Notes under the pieces: generated by a model
What the model was told of the DNA's origin: nothing
The model's input: the letters and a program-made list of their open reading frames with translations, nothing else
Databases searched by the model: none
Assembly: GCA_045863335.1 (NCBI GenBank)
Contig: BTVY01000018.1
Span: 1-64,000, forward strand
Direction of reading: 5' to 3'
DNA length: 64,000 bases
Source: Candidatus Hydrogenedentota bacterium
GTDB lineage: Bacteria > Hydrogenedentota > Hydrogenedentia > Hydrogenedentales > SLHB01
Program-made: the position numbers and the translations under genes
Part shown: one piece after another, positions 1-8,225 of the stretch
Position numbering within the stretch: the first letter of the stretch is position 1
Layout: the number at the start of each line of letters is the position of its first letter

Positions 1-228
1 ACAGCCTCGCAATGCTTTACAACGTAACACCAGAATCTTAACCGGACACCAGTGAAAAATACTGTCAACTTCGCACTCCTCCCCGAGCGGATAATCCAAC
101 ACTTTCATAAAGCGCTGCATATTGTCGCTCACGAGAAGCAGGTGGTAGAGAATGGCGCACAAGTTTCGTTCTTCGCGATTAATCTCACTATAATTCGACT
201 TCCTTGCGAGACCCCTTAAGTTCCCCAT
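1..228 (-). CDS. Hypothetical protein, N-terminal 76 codons only; runs off the window edge
   Basis: Absent from the ORF track because there is no stop in the window. ATG at 228 follows GAGGGGG, and the frame is open to position 1: MGNLRGLARKSNYSEINREERNLCAILYHLLLVSDNMQRFMKVLDYPLGEECEVD... Same strand as, and about 100 bp downstream of, the MBL gene. Confidence 0.6.
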   Translation of the reverse strand, partial: MGNLRGLARKSNYSEINREERNLCAILYHLLLVSDNMQRFMKVLDYPLGEECEVDSIFHWCPVKILVLRCKALRGC

Positions 229-329
229 TCGTCCCCCTCAATTGTTGATGTCATCTTCCATTCTCGGTTTCGTATTTGCCTCCAAACTCACAGCATGGAC
301 ATGCCGCCTCCTTGATCGTAAGCCTGGTT

Positions 330-1550
330 TCAGAGTTCCATAGCTTCCCCATCCTGCAAGCGTACTACGTTCTTGAAGTGGTCAGCAAAACGATCTGCGT
401 ACTCGGTATGCACGGGTATCAACCGTTTTGGAGCCAAGGCATCCGCGAACTCCTTCAGGTCCGCAAGTACGGCGTGTCCGCTCGTGTGGGCATACACGAA
501 CTCTACCTGCGGGTCGCTCTGAAGATTTGCAATTCGGCACGATGGCTCTTTCAAGTATCCGAGCCATTGCGAATAGATCACTTTGACAGGACCGGATTTC
601 TTATAGATGTCAAACAGGGGCCCCGAGGACATCTTAGCGAGATAAAGATACCGGATTCTATGCTCCCAGAGTTCATCCTTCTCTATGCGCCGTTCGAGGG
701 CTCGGAGGAGAAAGCTTCCGAAGTACTCTTTGTTCGTCCGCACAATCTCGTACTGTTTGTATGGGAAATAGACGCGCATTCGTTCCCACGACATGTTCGG
801 CACCGAGTCCGAAACGAGTTTCAGTTGCTCCAGGATCCAAGTCGTATAGAGGTCAATCACAAGAAGTTTGTTTGCTTTGATGCAGGCTCGATACGCCGAC
901 ACCAACCGGTCGATGTTCTGCGACGATCCGATGATGAAGGACAGGTTCGTCTGCCCCGCAATCGCTTCGACGATAGCCTCCTCCACCGCAGACTCGTCGG
1001 GAAACGCATCGTTGTCTCGCTCCATCATAGTGCCTTCCATAATGACAGCGTCGAGATTGGCGGGCAGTTCCTTGATCAATCGCTCGAAAAGGACCGACTT
1101 GCGGCCATGGGCCCGAAAGTCGCCAGTGTAGTACAACTGCGTCTTGCCGGCTTCAATGAGAAACCCAAAGGCGTCCGGTGTGGAATGATCGACCAAATAC
1201 GGCGTGATTCGAAACCCGGCGACATCAAACCGTTCCCAGGGCCGGAAGTAGTGGAAGTTTCTCTGGGTCAGCTCCCGGCCCAGGAACACGCACGTCGCCT
1301 CTAACAATCGGCGGCCGAGTTCCGTGATATAAACTGGTGTCGACGGGTCCAACTGGTACATCTGCCCGTAGTGGTCCTGGTGGACATGACTCAGAATCAG
1401 CGCGGAAGAATTGAGAGCGGCTGCGTTCAGCGGAGTAGAATTCTCCGACAAGGGTGTGCCCAAATCGAGCAGGATATTCTCTCCTGCATGTGAAAGCTCA
1501 ATACACGTTCCCCCAATTTCGCTCGCCCCCTTGTGGATCGTCAGTCTCAA
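330..1550 (-). CDS. MBL-fold/beta-CASP metallo-hydrolase (RNase J-like nuclease, no C-terminal domain)
   Basis: Motifs EIGGTC, LLDLG, SHVHQDH (HxHxDH), DHS, YTGDFR, MEGT, HTSGHA and IPVH. Start placed at TTG 1550 after GGAG, giving (M)RLTIHKGASEIGG; the track's start at 1619 overlaps the upstream gene. Confidence 0.85.
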   Translation of the reverse strand: MRLTIHKGASEIGGTCIELSHAGENILLDLGTPLSENSTPLNAAALNSSALILSHVHQDHYGQMYQLDPSTPVYITELGRRLLEATCVFLGRELTQRNFHYFRPWERFDVAGFRITPYLVDHSTPDAFGFLIEAGKTQLYYTGDFRAHGRKSVLFERLIKELPANLDAVIMEGTMMERDNDAFPDESAVEEAIVEAIAGQTNLSFIIGSSQNIDRLVSAYRACIKANKLLVIDLYTTWILEQLKLVSDSVPNMSWERMRVYFPYKQYEIVRTNKEYFGSFLLRALERRIEKDELWEHRIRYLYLAKMSSGPLFDIYKKSGPVKVIYSQWLGYLKEPSCRIANLQSDPQVEFVYAHTSGHAVLADLKEFADALAPKRLIPVHTEYADRFADHFKNVVRLQDGEAMEL

Positions 1551-1584
1551 TTTGTCTCCATTTCCTGTGACCCGCGCTTTGTGG

Positions 1585-3159
1585 CTAGTGGTTCGTATCG
1601 TCTTTCCCGTACCCGTCAAGATGCTTCCGCAACGTATTAGGCGCTATCTGAAGCACACGTGCGGCGCGCGTCACATTCTCCCCGCACAACCGATGCACGT
1701 GCCGCAGATACGCGCCATAGACTTCATCGGCGGGCATCACCTCGGACACACTACCCGGCGCGAACATCCGGTTCTCTTTTTCTTCGGGTGTTCCTGCGTA
1801 CATCGTCTGCCGCTCTTCGTCAATCAGACTTGCTAGCGGATCCCCGAGATACGCCCGGCGCTTCAGGACATTGATGAACTGGCGGACATTGCCGGGCCAA
1901 TCGTAGTCATCTATCGCCATCCAATCCTGAGGCCGTAGTTTCAACCTGTGCCCGTGAGATTGCAACTTGCGTGCCACTTCCGCAGCAATGCTTTTCATGT
2001 CCTGTCGGCGTTCGCATAGTGGAGGAACGCGGATCGAGAGCACATTCAGCCGGTACAACAAATCCTCGCGAAAGGCCCCTTCTGCCACCATCTGGTGAAG
2101 ATTTCGGTGCGTGGCGACTACGATTCGCACGTCCACTTCATCTTCTTTGGTGGTGCCGACGGGTGCGACGAAGCCCGTTTCAAGGGCGCGAAGCAGATGA
2201 GCTTGCACTTCGACCGCCAATTCGCCTATCTCATCCAGAAACAGAGTACCGCCGTTTGCATCCTGGAAAGCGCCCGGTCTGTCGGACACCGCACCGGTGA
2301 AAGCGCCTTTCGCGTATCCAAATAGCCGGCTTTCCGCCATTTGCGGGTTGCTGCCGAGTACGGCACAGTTAAACGCCACAAATCTCCCCGTGCGGCGGCT
2401 TGCAACGTGGAGGGCGCGGGCGACGACCTCTTTACCGGCCCCCGTCGGTCCTCCGATGAGTACCGGCTCCGGGATCGGACCAAGCTTGCCAACCCGCTTT
2501 CGGATCAGGGTCATCTGCTTGCTCGACCCTAGCGGATAAGTCTTCCGTTTCGCTTCATCCATATAGGGGCGCAGCTTCTCCTCAAGTTCGCGATCAAACA
2601 GTTTCGGGTCCGCCAGCGCCCGTATTACGCGATCGTTGCAGTGCTCGTCACCGAGAATATAGAACCGATAATTGGCGGCCTCGATTCGGTTCGTCCACGT
2701 CTTGTGCTTGCTGTTCTTAACTCCACTCGTCACGCCCGCGACGGACGCCAACTCCAATATGAAATTAACGCTTTCGGACAGGGCGACCTTGAGACCCCTC
2801 CGAATCGCCTCGGTGTCGCTGCAATCATCCCAGAAGCGAATCGTTGCGTGTTTCCGCAATTGTCTCGCTTCTTTGATTAGTTCCGGATGCTCATGCCCTG
2901 CATACCAATTGATGGTAACGTGCGCAGAAAGCTCAGCCAGAGCCGATACAAGCTCCTCCCGCGGCTCGGCACAACCCACGCCACAGACGTGCACGTTGCC
3001 CGAGGAAACAGCACATTCCTTCAAAGCGACAACAATGTGACGTTCACTGGTGATTTGAATGCGTGCGTTTGGATATTGCGTTAACACGAGCGCGGCATTG
3101 CACGCGCCAAGGACCCCGTTCACGGTCAGGATTGTGTGCTCACCATTAATCTTGCGCAT
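1585..3159 (-). CDS. Sigma-54-dependent enhancer-binding transcriptional activator with an unassigned N-terminal domain
   Basis: Walker A GPTGAGKE, NCA, ESRLFGYAKGAFTGA (intact GAFTGA), Walker B LFLDEIG, FREDLLYRL, WPGNVR, and a C-terminal Fis-type HTH (NVTRAARVLQIAPNTLRK). Confidence 0.95.
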   Translation of the reverse strand: MRKINGEHTILTVNGVLGACNAALVLTQYPNARIQITSERHIVVALKECAVSSGNVHVCGVGCAEPREELVSALAELSAHVTINWYAGHEHPELIKEARQLRKHATIRFWDDCSDTEAIRRGLKVALSESVNFILELASVAGVTSGVKNSKHKTWTNRIEAANYRFYILGDEHCNDRVIRALADPKLFDRELEEKLRPYMDEAKRKTYPLGSSKQMTLIRKRVGKLGPIPEPVLIGGPTGAGKEVVARALHVASRRTGRFVAFNCAVLGSNPQMAESRLFGYAKGAFTGAVSDRPGAFQDANGGTLFLDEIGELAVEVQAHLLRALETGFVAPVGTTKEDEVDVRIVVATHRNLHQMVAEGAFREDLLYRLNVLSIRVPPLCERRQDMKSIAAEVARKLQSHGHRLKLRPQDWMAIDDYDWPGNVRQFINVLKRRAYLGDPLASLIDEERQTMYAGTPEEKENRMFAPGSVSEVMPADEVYGAYLRHVHRLCGENVTRAARVLQIAPNTLRKHLDGYGKDDTNH

Positions 3160-3253
3160 CTTGTCCTCTACGCAATATTTGATTAACCCTATTCAATATT
3201 CGACCATACTGCCCAGAACGAGACTCGATTTGCAAGCCAATTCATCAAGAAAC

Positions 3254-3269
3254 AGCGCACGGGGTGCCA
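3254..3269 (-). promoter_or_regulatory. Possible sigma-54 -24/-12 promoter facing the activator operon
   Basis: Minus strand reads TGGCACCCCGTGCGCT, with GG-N10-GC spacing and a perfect TGGCAC. The -12 side is weaker than the TTGC consensus. Confidence 0.4.
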
Positions 3270-3291
3270 AAGGCGTGCACGCATCCCAAGT

Positions 3292-3307
3292 TGGCACGAT
3301 TCTCGCT
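3292..3307 (+). promoter_or_regulatory. Sigma-54 -24/-12 promoter for the AAA ATPase gene
   Basis: TGGCACGATTCTCGCT against the consensus TGGCACG-N4-TTGCW, with exact GG-N10-GC spacing. It lies 80 bp upstream of ATG 3388 and next to a GAFTGA activator. Confidence 0.75.
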
Positions 3308-3387
3308 CTAGTCAAAGGTCAATTTGGGGCTCGAGTAGGTCCCCAACGGCATATCTGCGGAAACGAGGATCGACCAGGGAGCCAACC

Positions 3388-5313
3388 ATGTCCACGAAGT
3401 ATACCCTCAGTGAAAGCAACCGTCCCGGCATGACACGGACTCATGGGCTTCCCCCGGACTCACTTCGGGGATTCGGGACAGTAGACGAACTGCTGGAGTC
3501 TGCGGTCCGCATGATTACGGCTCGGTCCGAATGGAAGAAGGCCAACGAAGATGATGGAACAAGTCCGCAGACGTGCCAATTGCGGAAGATTGCCGACGCG
3601 TGGACACAGCATTGGCACAGGTCTCTGTCGCAAACGGATGGATCTCTCCCGATTTGGAGCTGGTTCAAGAGATACCGGTTAAATCGAATGGAGCGCGAGA
3701 TCCTAATTGTTTTGGTTCTCGAAGATCTTGGTCTGCTCGACCAGTACGTTCGAGACGTGGAGGACATTCTGAAGCTACTATGCTTGCCTCCCAAGAAGAT
3801 GCTGAACGGACTCCGATGCTTGAGTGAAGAAGGCCGTCTTTATCGGAACAAGCTTGTTGGCTACAAAGACCTAGACGATCCCCTTGTGAAGCGCGAATTG
3901 ATTGTAGACCCATCGCTGCCGGATTCTGCTCTTCACAAGTGCGCAAGCGGACTTCATGTGTGGCCGGTAAGGAATCAGACCGAACTTTACGAGTATATGC
4001 GCCGGTTGACGCGCGCTTTGAAACAGAAAAGTGAGGAACTAAAAAACGTTTATCACGGCTATCACTCAAGTGGAGACGCTTACAAACATGTCCGACGTGT
4101 CGCCGGACTCATTCGCGGCCTCTCCGCTACACTGTTAGTCCATACTGGTTGGCCGTTGTCAATTCTACACGAGCAGAATAAGGCAGAATACATATGGAGC
4201 GAGGAATGGGTCATTCTACTCGCATTACTCGGGAAGGAACTTGGGCATCTTCATGTTGAGGATGACCTATTCGAAGGGGCCGGATTGGCCCGCGCTGCGT
4301 CCCCGGAAACGGAGTACCATCCCAGTACCTTGGGACGATTTCGAGCAGACGCTCCGCTACGAAAACACGATTGGATTCAACCCTGCGGGGGAGATCAAGT
4401 TTTGATTTCCGACGATACCACTGACCTGGAATCCACGGAGTTTGAACTTACCGAGAAAGCCAAGCGTTTCCTTAAGCTGGATCCCAAAATTGCAACGAAG
4501 AAACATGGCAACGTAAACCTGCGTACCCCCCGCATTTCATTAGCGGACCTTGTTCATTCGGAAAGCGTCCGGCAATCCCTGGAAATTGCAGTTACGCAAG
4601 CCCGGCATGCCGGAACATTGTTCCGCACGTGGGGCCTTGGGGAATCGATTCTCTACGGCCGCGGGGTCACCATGCTGTTCGCGGGACCGCCGGGAACCGG
4701 GAAGACCGCGTCTGCGGAAGCCCTCGCCGGAGAGCTCAAAAAGGACCTGCTCGTAGTTAACTACGCTCGGATTCAAGACTGCTTTGTCGGGCAGACGGAA
4801 AAGAATATTGTCGCGACGTTCCGGGAGGCCAGAGCCAAGGACGCGGTACTCTTCTGGGACGAAGCGGACGCAATGTTCTATGACCGAAACCTCGCATCGC
4901 GCACGTGGGAAGTTCGGGACGTAAATGTGCTGCTCCAGGAGATCGAGCGATTCGATGGAGTCTGTATCCTTGCGACGAACCGAAAAATTACGTTGGACAA
5001 AGCGCTGGAGCGCCGAATCACGTTGAAGGTCGAGTTCGAGCCACCGAACCGCGAATCCCGTGAAGCTATCTTCAAGAAGTTGATACCCGCAAAAATGCCT
5101 CTCGCGCGAGACGTCACATTTGACAAATTGTCAGATCTTGAACTCAGCGGAGGAGAGATCAAAAACGTAATCCTGAACGCCGCGCGAATAGCACTTCACC
5201 GCGGTGGAACGCGGACGCGCATTGCTATGAGAGACTTCGATCAGGCTCTGGAATTGTCACGTAAGGGAGCGTTGAGGAAGTCCGAACGCAGGAGCATCGG
5301 TTTTCGCAGGTAG
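3388..5313 (+). CDS. AAA-family ATPase with a long helical N-terminal region
   Basis: Single classical AAA module: GPPGTGKT, FVGQTEKNI, Walker B LFWDEAD, ILATNR, LDKALERR, SGGEIKN, C-terminal IGF. RBS GGAG precedes the ATG. Confidence 0.9.
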   Translation: MSTKYTLSESNRPGMTRTHGLPPDSLRGFGTVDELLESAVRMITARSEWKKANEDDGTSPQTCQLRKIADAWTQHWHRSLSQTDGSLPIWSWFKRYRLNRMEREILIVLVLEDLGLLDQYVRDVEDILKLLCLPPKKMLNGLRCLSEEGRLYRNKLVGYKDLDDPLVKRELIVDPSLPDSALHKCASGLHVWPVRNQTELYEYMRRLTRALKQKSEELKNVYHGYHSSGDAYKHVRRVAGLIRGLSATLLVHTGWPLSILHEQNKAEYIWSEEWVILLALLGKELGHLHVEDDLFEGAGLARAASPETEYHPSTLGRFRADAPLRKHDWIQPCGGDQVLISDDTTDLESTEFELTEKAKRFLKLDPKIATKKHGNVNLRTPRISLADLVHSESVRQSLEIAVTQARHAGTLFRTWGLGESILYGRGVTMLFAGPPGTGKTASAEALAGELKKDLLVVNYARIQDCFVGQTEKNIVATFREARAKDAVLFWDEADAMFYDRNLASRTWEVRDVNVLLQEIERFDGVCILATNRKITLDKALERRITLKVEFEPPNRESREAIFKKLIPAKMPLARDVTFDKLSDLELSGGEIKNVILNAARIALHRGGTRTRIAMRDFDQALELSRKGALRKSERRSIGFRR

Positions 5314-5428
5314 GGATCGCCACGGCCGATTCGGTCAAATGCGACTCAGCGACAACAACCAGCCGCGTATGCGCAGAATCACGTTGGGAACTCTTTTCAA
5401 TTGCCAAGCACGGGAATTCTGGCGGGGG

Positions 5429-6616
5429 TTACCCCGCCATTTCTCGCAACCGCGCTTCATCCAGGTCGAGCCCGAGGCCAGGGGCTTCGGGGACTTTTAG
5501 GCGGCCGTCTTTGAATTCGAGGGGGTTGGTGAAGAGGGTGTGGAGGTCGCTGTGCAATGCGCCTTCGGCGAGTTCCTGGGCCATGTCGTTGGTGACGAAG
5601 ACGGCGGTGTAGTGGAGGTTGGCGGCCTGGCCGATGGTGGGCTGGGTCTGGTGGGGACAGAGCAGCTTGTGATGGGCCGAGGCGAGGGCGGCGATCTTGA
5701 CGCCTTCGGAGATGCCGGCGCATTTCACGAGGTCGGGTTGCACGATGTCGGGGTTAGCCTGTTCGATGAGGTCGCGGAACTGCCAGCGCGTGTATTCGTG
5801 TTCGCCGGCGGCGACGGGGATGTCGACGGCTTCGACGACTTGCGCGTAGCCCGCGTAGTCGGTCTGGGCGACGGGCTCTTCGTAGTGGATGACGTTGTAG
5901 CGCTGAATCTCTTTGCCCACGCGGATGGCGGTCTGGGCGGAGTAGCCATTGTTGACGTCATAGCCGAGGTCAATGTCGTCGCCGATGGCCTTGCGCACGG
6001 CGGCCAGGGTTTCCAGGTCCTTCTTCACGTTCGCGTCGGGCGGGATGGGACCGTAGTCCATGCGAATCTTCACGGCGGTGAACCCTTCCGCGACGGCCTT
6101 CTCCGCGCGCTGGGCCATCTTCTGCGGCGTGGATTGGGCGCCGCCGCCGATGCTGGCGTAGACGCGGACCCAGTCGCGGCGTTTGCCGCCGAGCAGCTGG
6201 CTGATGGGTAGGCCGGCGACCTTGCCGAGGATGTCCCACAATGCGATGTCGATCCCGGCGAGGGCTTCGGGTTGCAGGCCCATGACGCCTTGCTTGTAGG
6301 TGCGGTAGAAGACGCGCTCCCAGCAGCGTTCGATGTCGAGGGGGTTCATGCCGATGAGCAGCGCGGCGAATTCGTTCGCGATGAGGTGGGCCGCAGCAGG
6401 CGCGTTCATGGGACTGACTTCGCCGATGCCCGTGACACCGGCGTCGGTGCGGATCAGGACGAAGCACTTGCTGCCTTTCAGCACGTAGGGTTCGACCGCG
6501 GTAATCTTGAGGTTGTGTTCGGCGGCGTAGGCAGCGAAGGATGGCAACACATCGGCGAGAGCCAGCGCGCCTGCGGCGCACAGGGAGCGTTTCAGGAACT
6601 GGCGGCGGTCGAACAT
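5429..6616 (-). CDS. Mandelate racemase/muconate-lactonizing (enolase superfamily) enzyme with a Tat signal
   Basis: DRRQFLK twin-arginine leader; GIDIALWDILGK, KIR, DVN, YEEP, GEH, QPD and PGLG motifs. Confidence 0.9.
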   Translation of the reverse strand: MFDRRQFLKRSLCAAGALALADVLPSFAAYAAEHNLKITAVEPYVLKGSKCFVLIRTDAGVTGIGEVSPMNAPAAAHLIANEFAALLIGMNPLDIERCWERVFYRTYKQGVMGLQPEALAGIDIALWDILGKVAGLPISQLLGGKRRDWVRVYASIGGGAQSTPQKMAQRAEKAVAEGFTAVKIRMDYGPIPPDANVKKDLETLAAVRKAIGDDIDLGYDVNNGYSAQTAIRVGKEIQRYNVIHYEEPVAQTDYAGYAQVVEAVDIPVAAGEHEYTRWQFRDLIEQANPDIVQPDLVKCAGISEGVKIAALASAHHKLLCPHQTQPTIGQAANLHYTAVFVTNDMAQELAEGALHSDLHTLFTNPLEFKDGRLKVPEAPGLGLDLDEARLREMAG

Positions 6617-6690
6617 GATGCGTCACCTCCCACTTGTTGAGCCTGCGTTCACCTCGCGCCGTACACCCGAAAGTATCCGTGGCTTCATTC

Positions 6691-6851
6691 AAGAACATCC
6701 CCCCTGCCCCCTTCAAAGGGGGAATTCGACACAACGCTATGCGTTGTGCTTCGGACCGACGAAGACTCGGCTATGACGCGCGTTACGACGCGTTCGCCCA
6801 CACACGCAGTGGGTCAATTCCCCCTTTGAAGGGGGCGAGGGGGATGTTCTT
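6691..6851. repeat. REP doublet (REPIN/MITE-like), copy 1
   Basis: 36-bp terminal inverted repeats at 6691-6726 and 6816-6851 with 2 mismatches, each containing the CCCCCTT(C/T)(A/G)AAGGGGG palindrome. Confidence 0.85.
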
Positions 6852-6856
6852 CCCAA

Positions 6857-8134
6857 CTATTGCGCCGAAGCCGTCTCCAATTTCGCGGGCTGGTCACAGG
6901 AGTCGATGAACTTCATGCCTTCTTCGACGAGAATATCGCCGGTTTTTTCGCCGAGGCTGGTGCGGGAGACGTAGTTGTAGACGTCGTAGGCGTAGTAGTC
7001 TTCCTTGACGAGGATGTAGCCGAAGGCGTCGTTGGTCAGGCCGAAGACGAGGTTGTGATCGCCGTGCATTTTGCGCTTGAAGTAGGAGCCGATGTTCGGC
7101 AGTGCTTCGCCGGGGATGGTGATGATCTGGGCGTTGCCGAGATTGACGACGTTGAACTGGCAGGAGACCTTGTCGCCGGGTTCGAGCATATCGATCATGA
7201 CCGGCGAGTTCTTCACGAGATCGAGGATGCCGCTTTCGATGGGGAAGGTAATGCGGGTCGAGGCGCAATAGAGATCGGGATCTTCCTGTACCGGCGCGTC
7301 GGCGATGATGCGTAATGCTTCGTCCGCAAGCAGATTTCCGATGCGCTCGCACTCTTCCCACGTATAACGTTCTTCGCGGCTGCCTTCGATGCGGTTGTCC
7401 GCAGTGACCATGGCGCCCTGCGCGCTGTTCATGAAGATGGCCGTGCCGCCGCCGTTGGCCGCGATGCGTTCGTAAAAGGGTCCGCACAAATCGGGACTGA
7501 GGATTCGGGAATCGGTGCTTAGAATCTCGGGGTGGATGGCGAAGTTCACGAGCGTGGACATGGGTTCGCCATCCGCATCGAGCACCTGAATGACGTGACA
7601 GCGCGGGTCGTACAGACGCGGCGCGTAGGAATTCCAGGCGATGCCGTCCGCCGCTTCGCCGGTGTTGATCTTCACGGCCGCGGGCTGGGTGTTGGCGCTC
7701 GCTTCGTTGATGGCCTCGGCCATGCGGTCGCAAACCGAATCGATGTAATCGAGGTCCGCTTCCGTGCCGCCTTTTCCATCGGGGAAGGCATACATGTCCG
7801 GCGCGCTATGGACGTGGGTCACGCCAATGAGAATGTTCTCAGCGGGGATGTCTTTGACTTGCGTGCGCACGCGGTCGCCCAACGCGTGCGGGAATCCGAG
7901 AAAGTCCGCGCCGACGATGGCGATGCGGGTGTCGTCGTCTTCCAGGACCAGCGCGCGCACGGTCAGGTTACCCTGTTGTTTGGTGGGCATGACAGACGGC
8001 CCCGTGCCGCCGGAGATAGGCAGCAACTTGTCCGGCGTGACATCGCGGACGGCAACGCCTGCTTTGAACTCGGCGTTTGCGGCCAGCGCGAAAGCGATCA
8101 AAACAACACAGGTGAAGAACCGGCTGATGTTCAT
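6857..8134 (-). CDS. Secreted neutral/alkaline ceramidase-like protein
   Basis: Signal peptide, then AGVAVRDVTP, VRALVL, THVHSAPD, NFAIHP and PGE...FGLTND.FGY, typical of the ceramidase N-terminal-like family. Confidence 0.75.
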   Translation of the reverse strand: MNISRFFTCVVLIAFALAANAEFKAGVAVRDVTPDKLLPISGGTGPSVMPTKQQGNLTVRALVLEDDDTRIAIVGADFLGFPHALGDRVRTQVKDIPAENILIGVTHVHSAPDMYAFPDGKGGTEADLDYIDSVCDRMAEAINEASANTQPAAVKINTGEAADGIAWNSYAPRLYDPRCHVIQVLDADGEPMSTLVNFAIHPEILSTDSRILSPDLCGPFYERIAANGGGTAIFMNSAQGAMVTADNRIEGSREERYTWEECERIGNLLADEALRIIADAPVQEDPDLYCASTRITFPIESGILDLVKNSPVMIDMLEPGDKVSCQFNVVNLGNAQIITIPGEALPNIGSYFKRKMHGDHNLVFGLTNDAFGYILVKEDYYAYDVYNYVSRTSLGEKTGDILVEEGMKFIDSCDQPAKLETASAQ

Positions 8135-8168
8135 TTCATTTGCTCCTTAGAAGTTACCGTGAAGATGC

Positions 8169-8208
8169 AACATCCCCCGGCCCTGCGGGCCCCCCCTTCA
8201 AAGGGGGA
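8169..8208. repeat. Solo REP of the same family, with an inserted GGCCCTGCGGGCC hairpin
   Basis: AACATCCCCC-ggccctgcgggcc-CCCCCTTCAAAGGGGGA, intergenic. Confidence 0.7.
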
Positions 8209-8225
8209 AGCAAAGACCTTCGCAA

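Noticed and set aside
1-60. Possible IS end interrupting the edge ORF
   Set aside because: No partner inverted repeat, target duplication or transposase is visible in the window, so it cannot be supported as a feature.
276-1304. 342-aa plus-strand ORF, and the many other long antisense ORFs (for example 14708-16192, 21553-22758, 46811-48187, 51830-53359)
   Set aside because: They are shadow frames opposite well-supported genes, expected in high-GC DNA, with no recognisable motifs.
1551-1619. N-terminal extension of the MBL nuclease given by the ORF track
   Set aside because: It overlaps the activator's 3' end; TTG 1550 has a GGAG RBS and gives the family-typical start.
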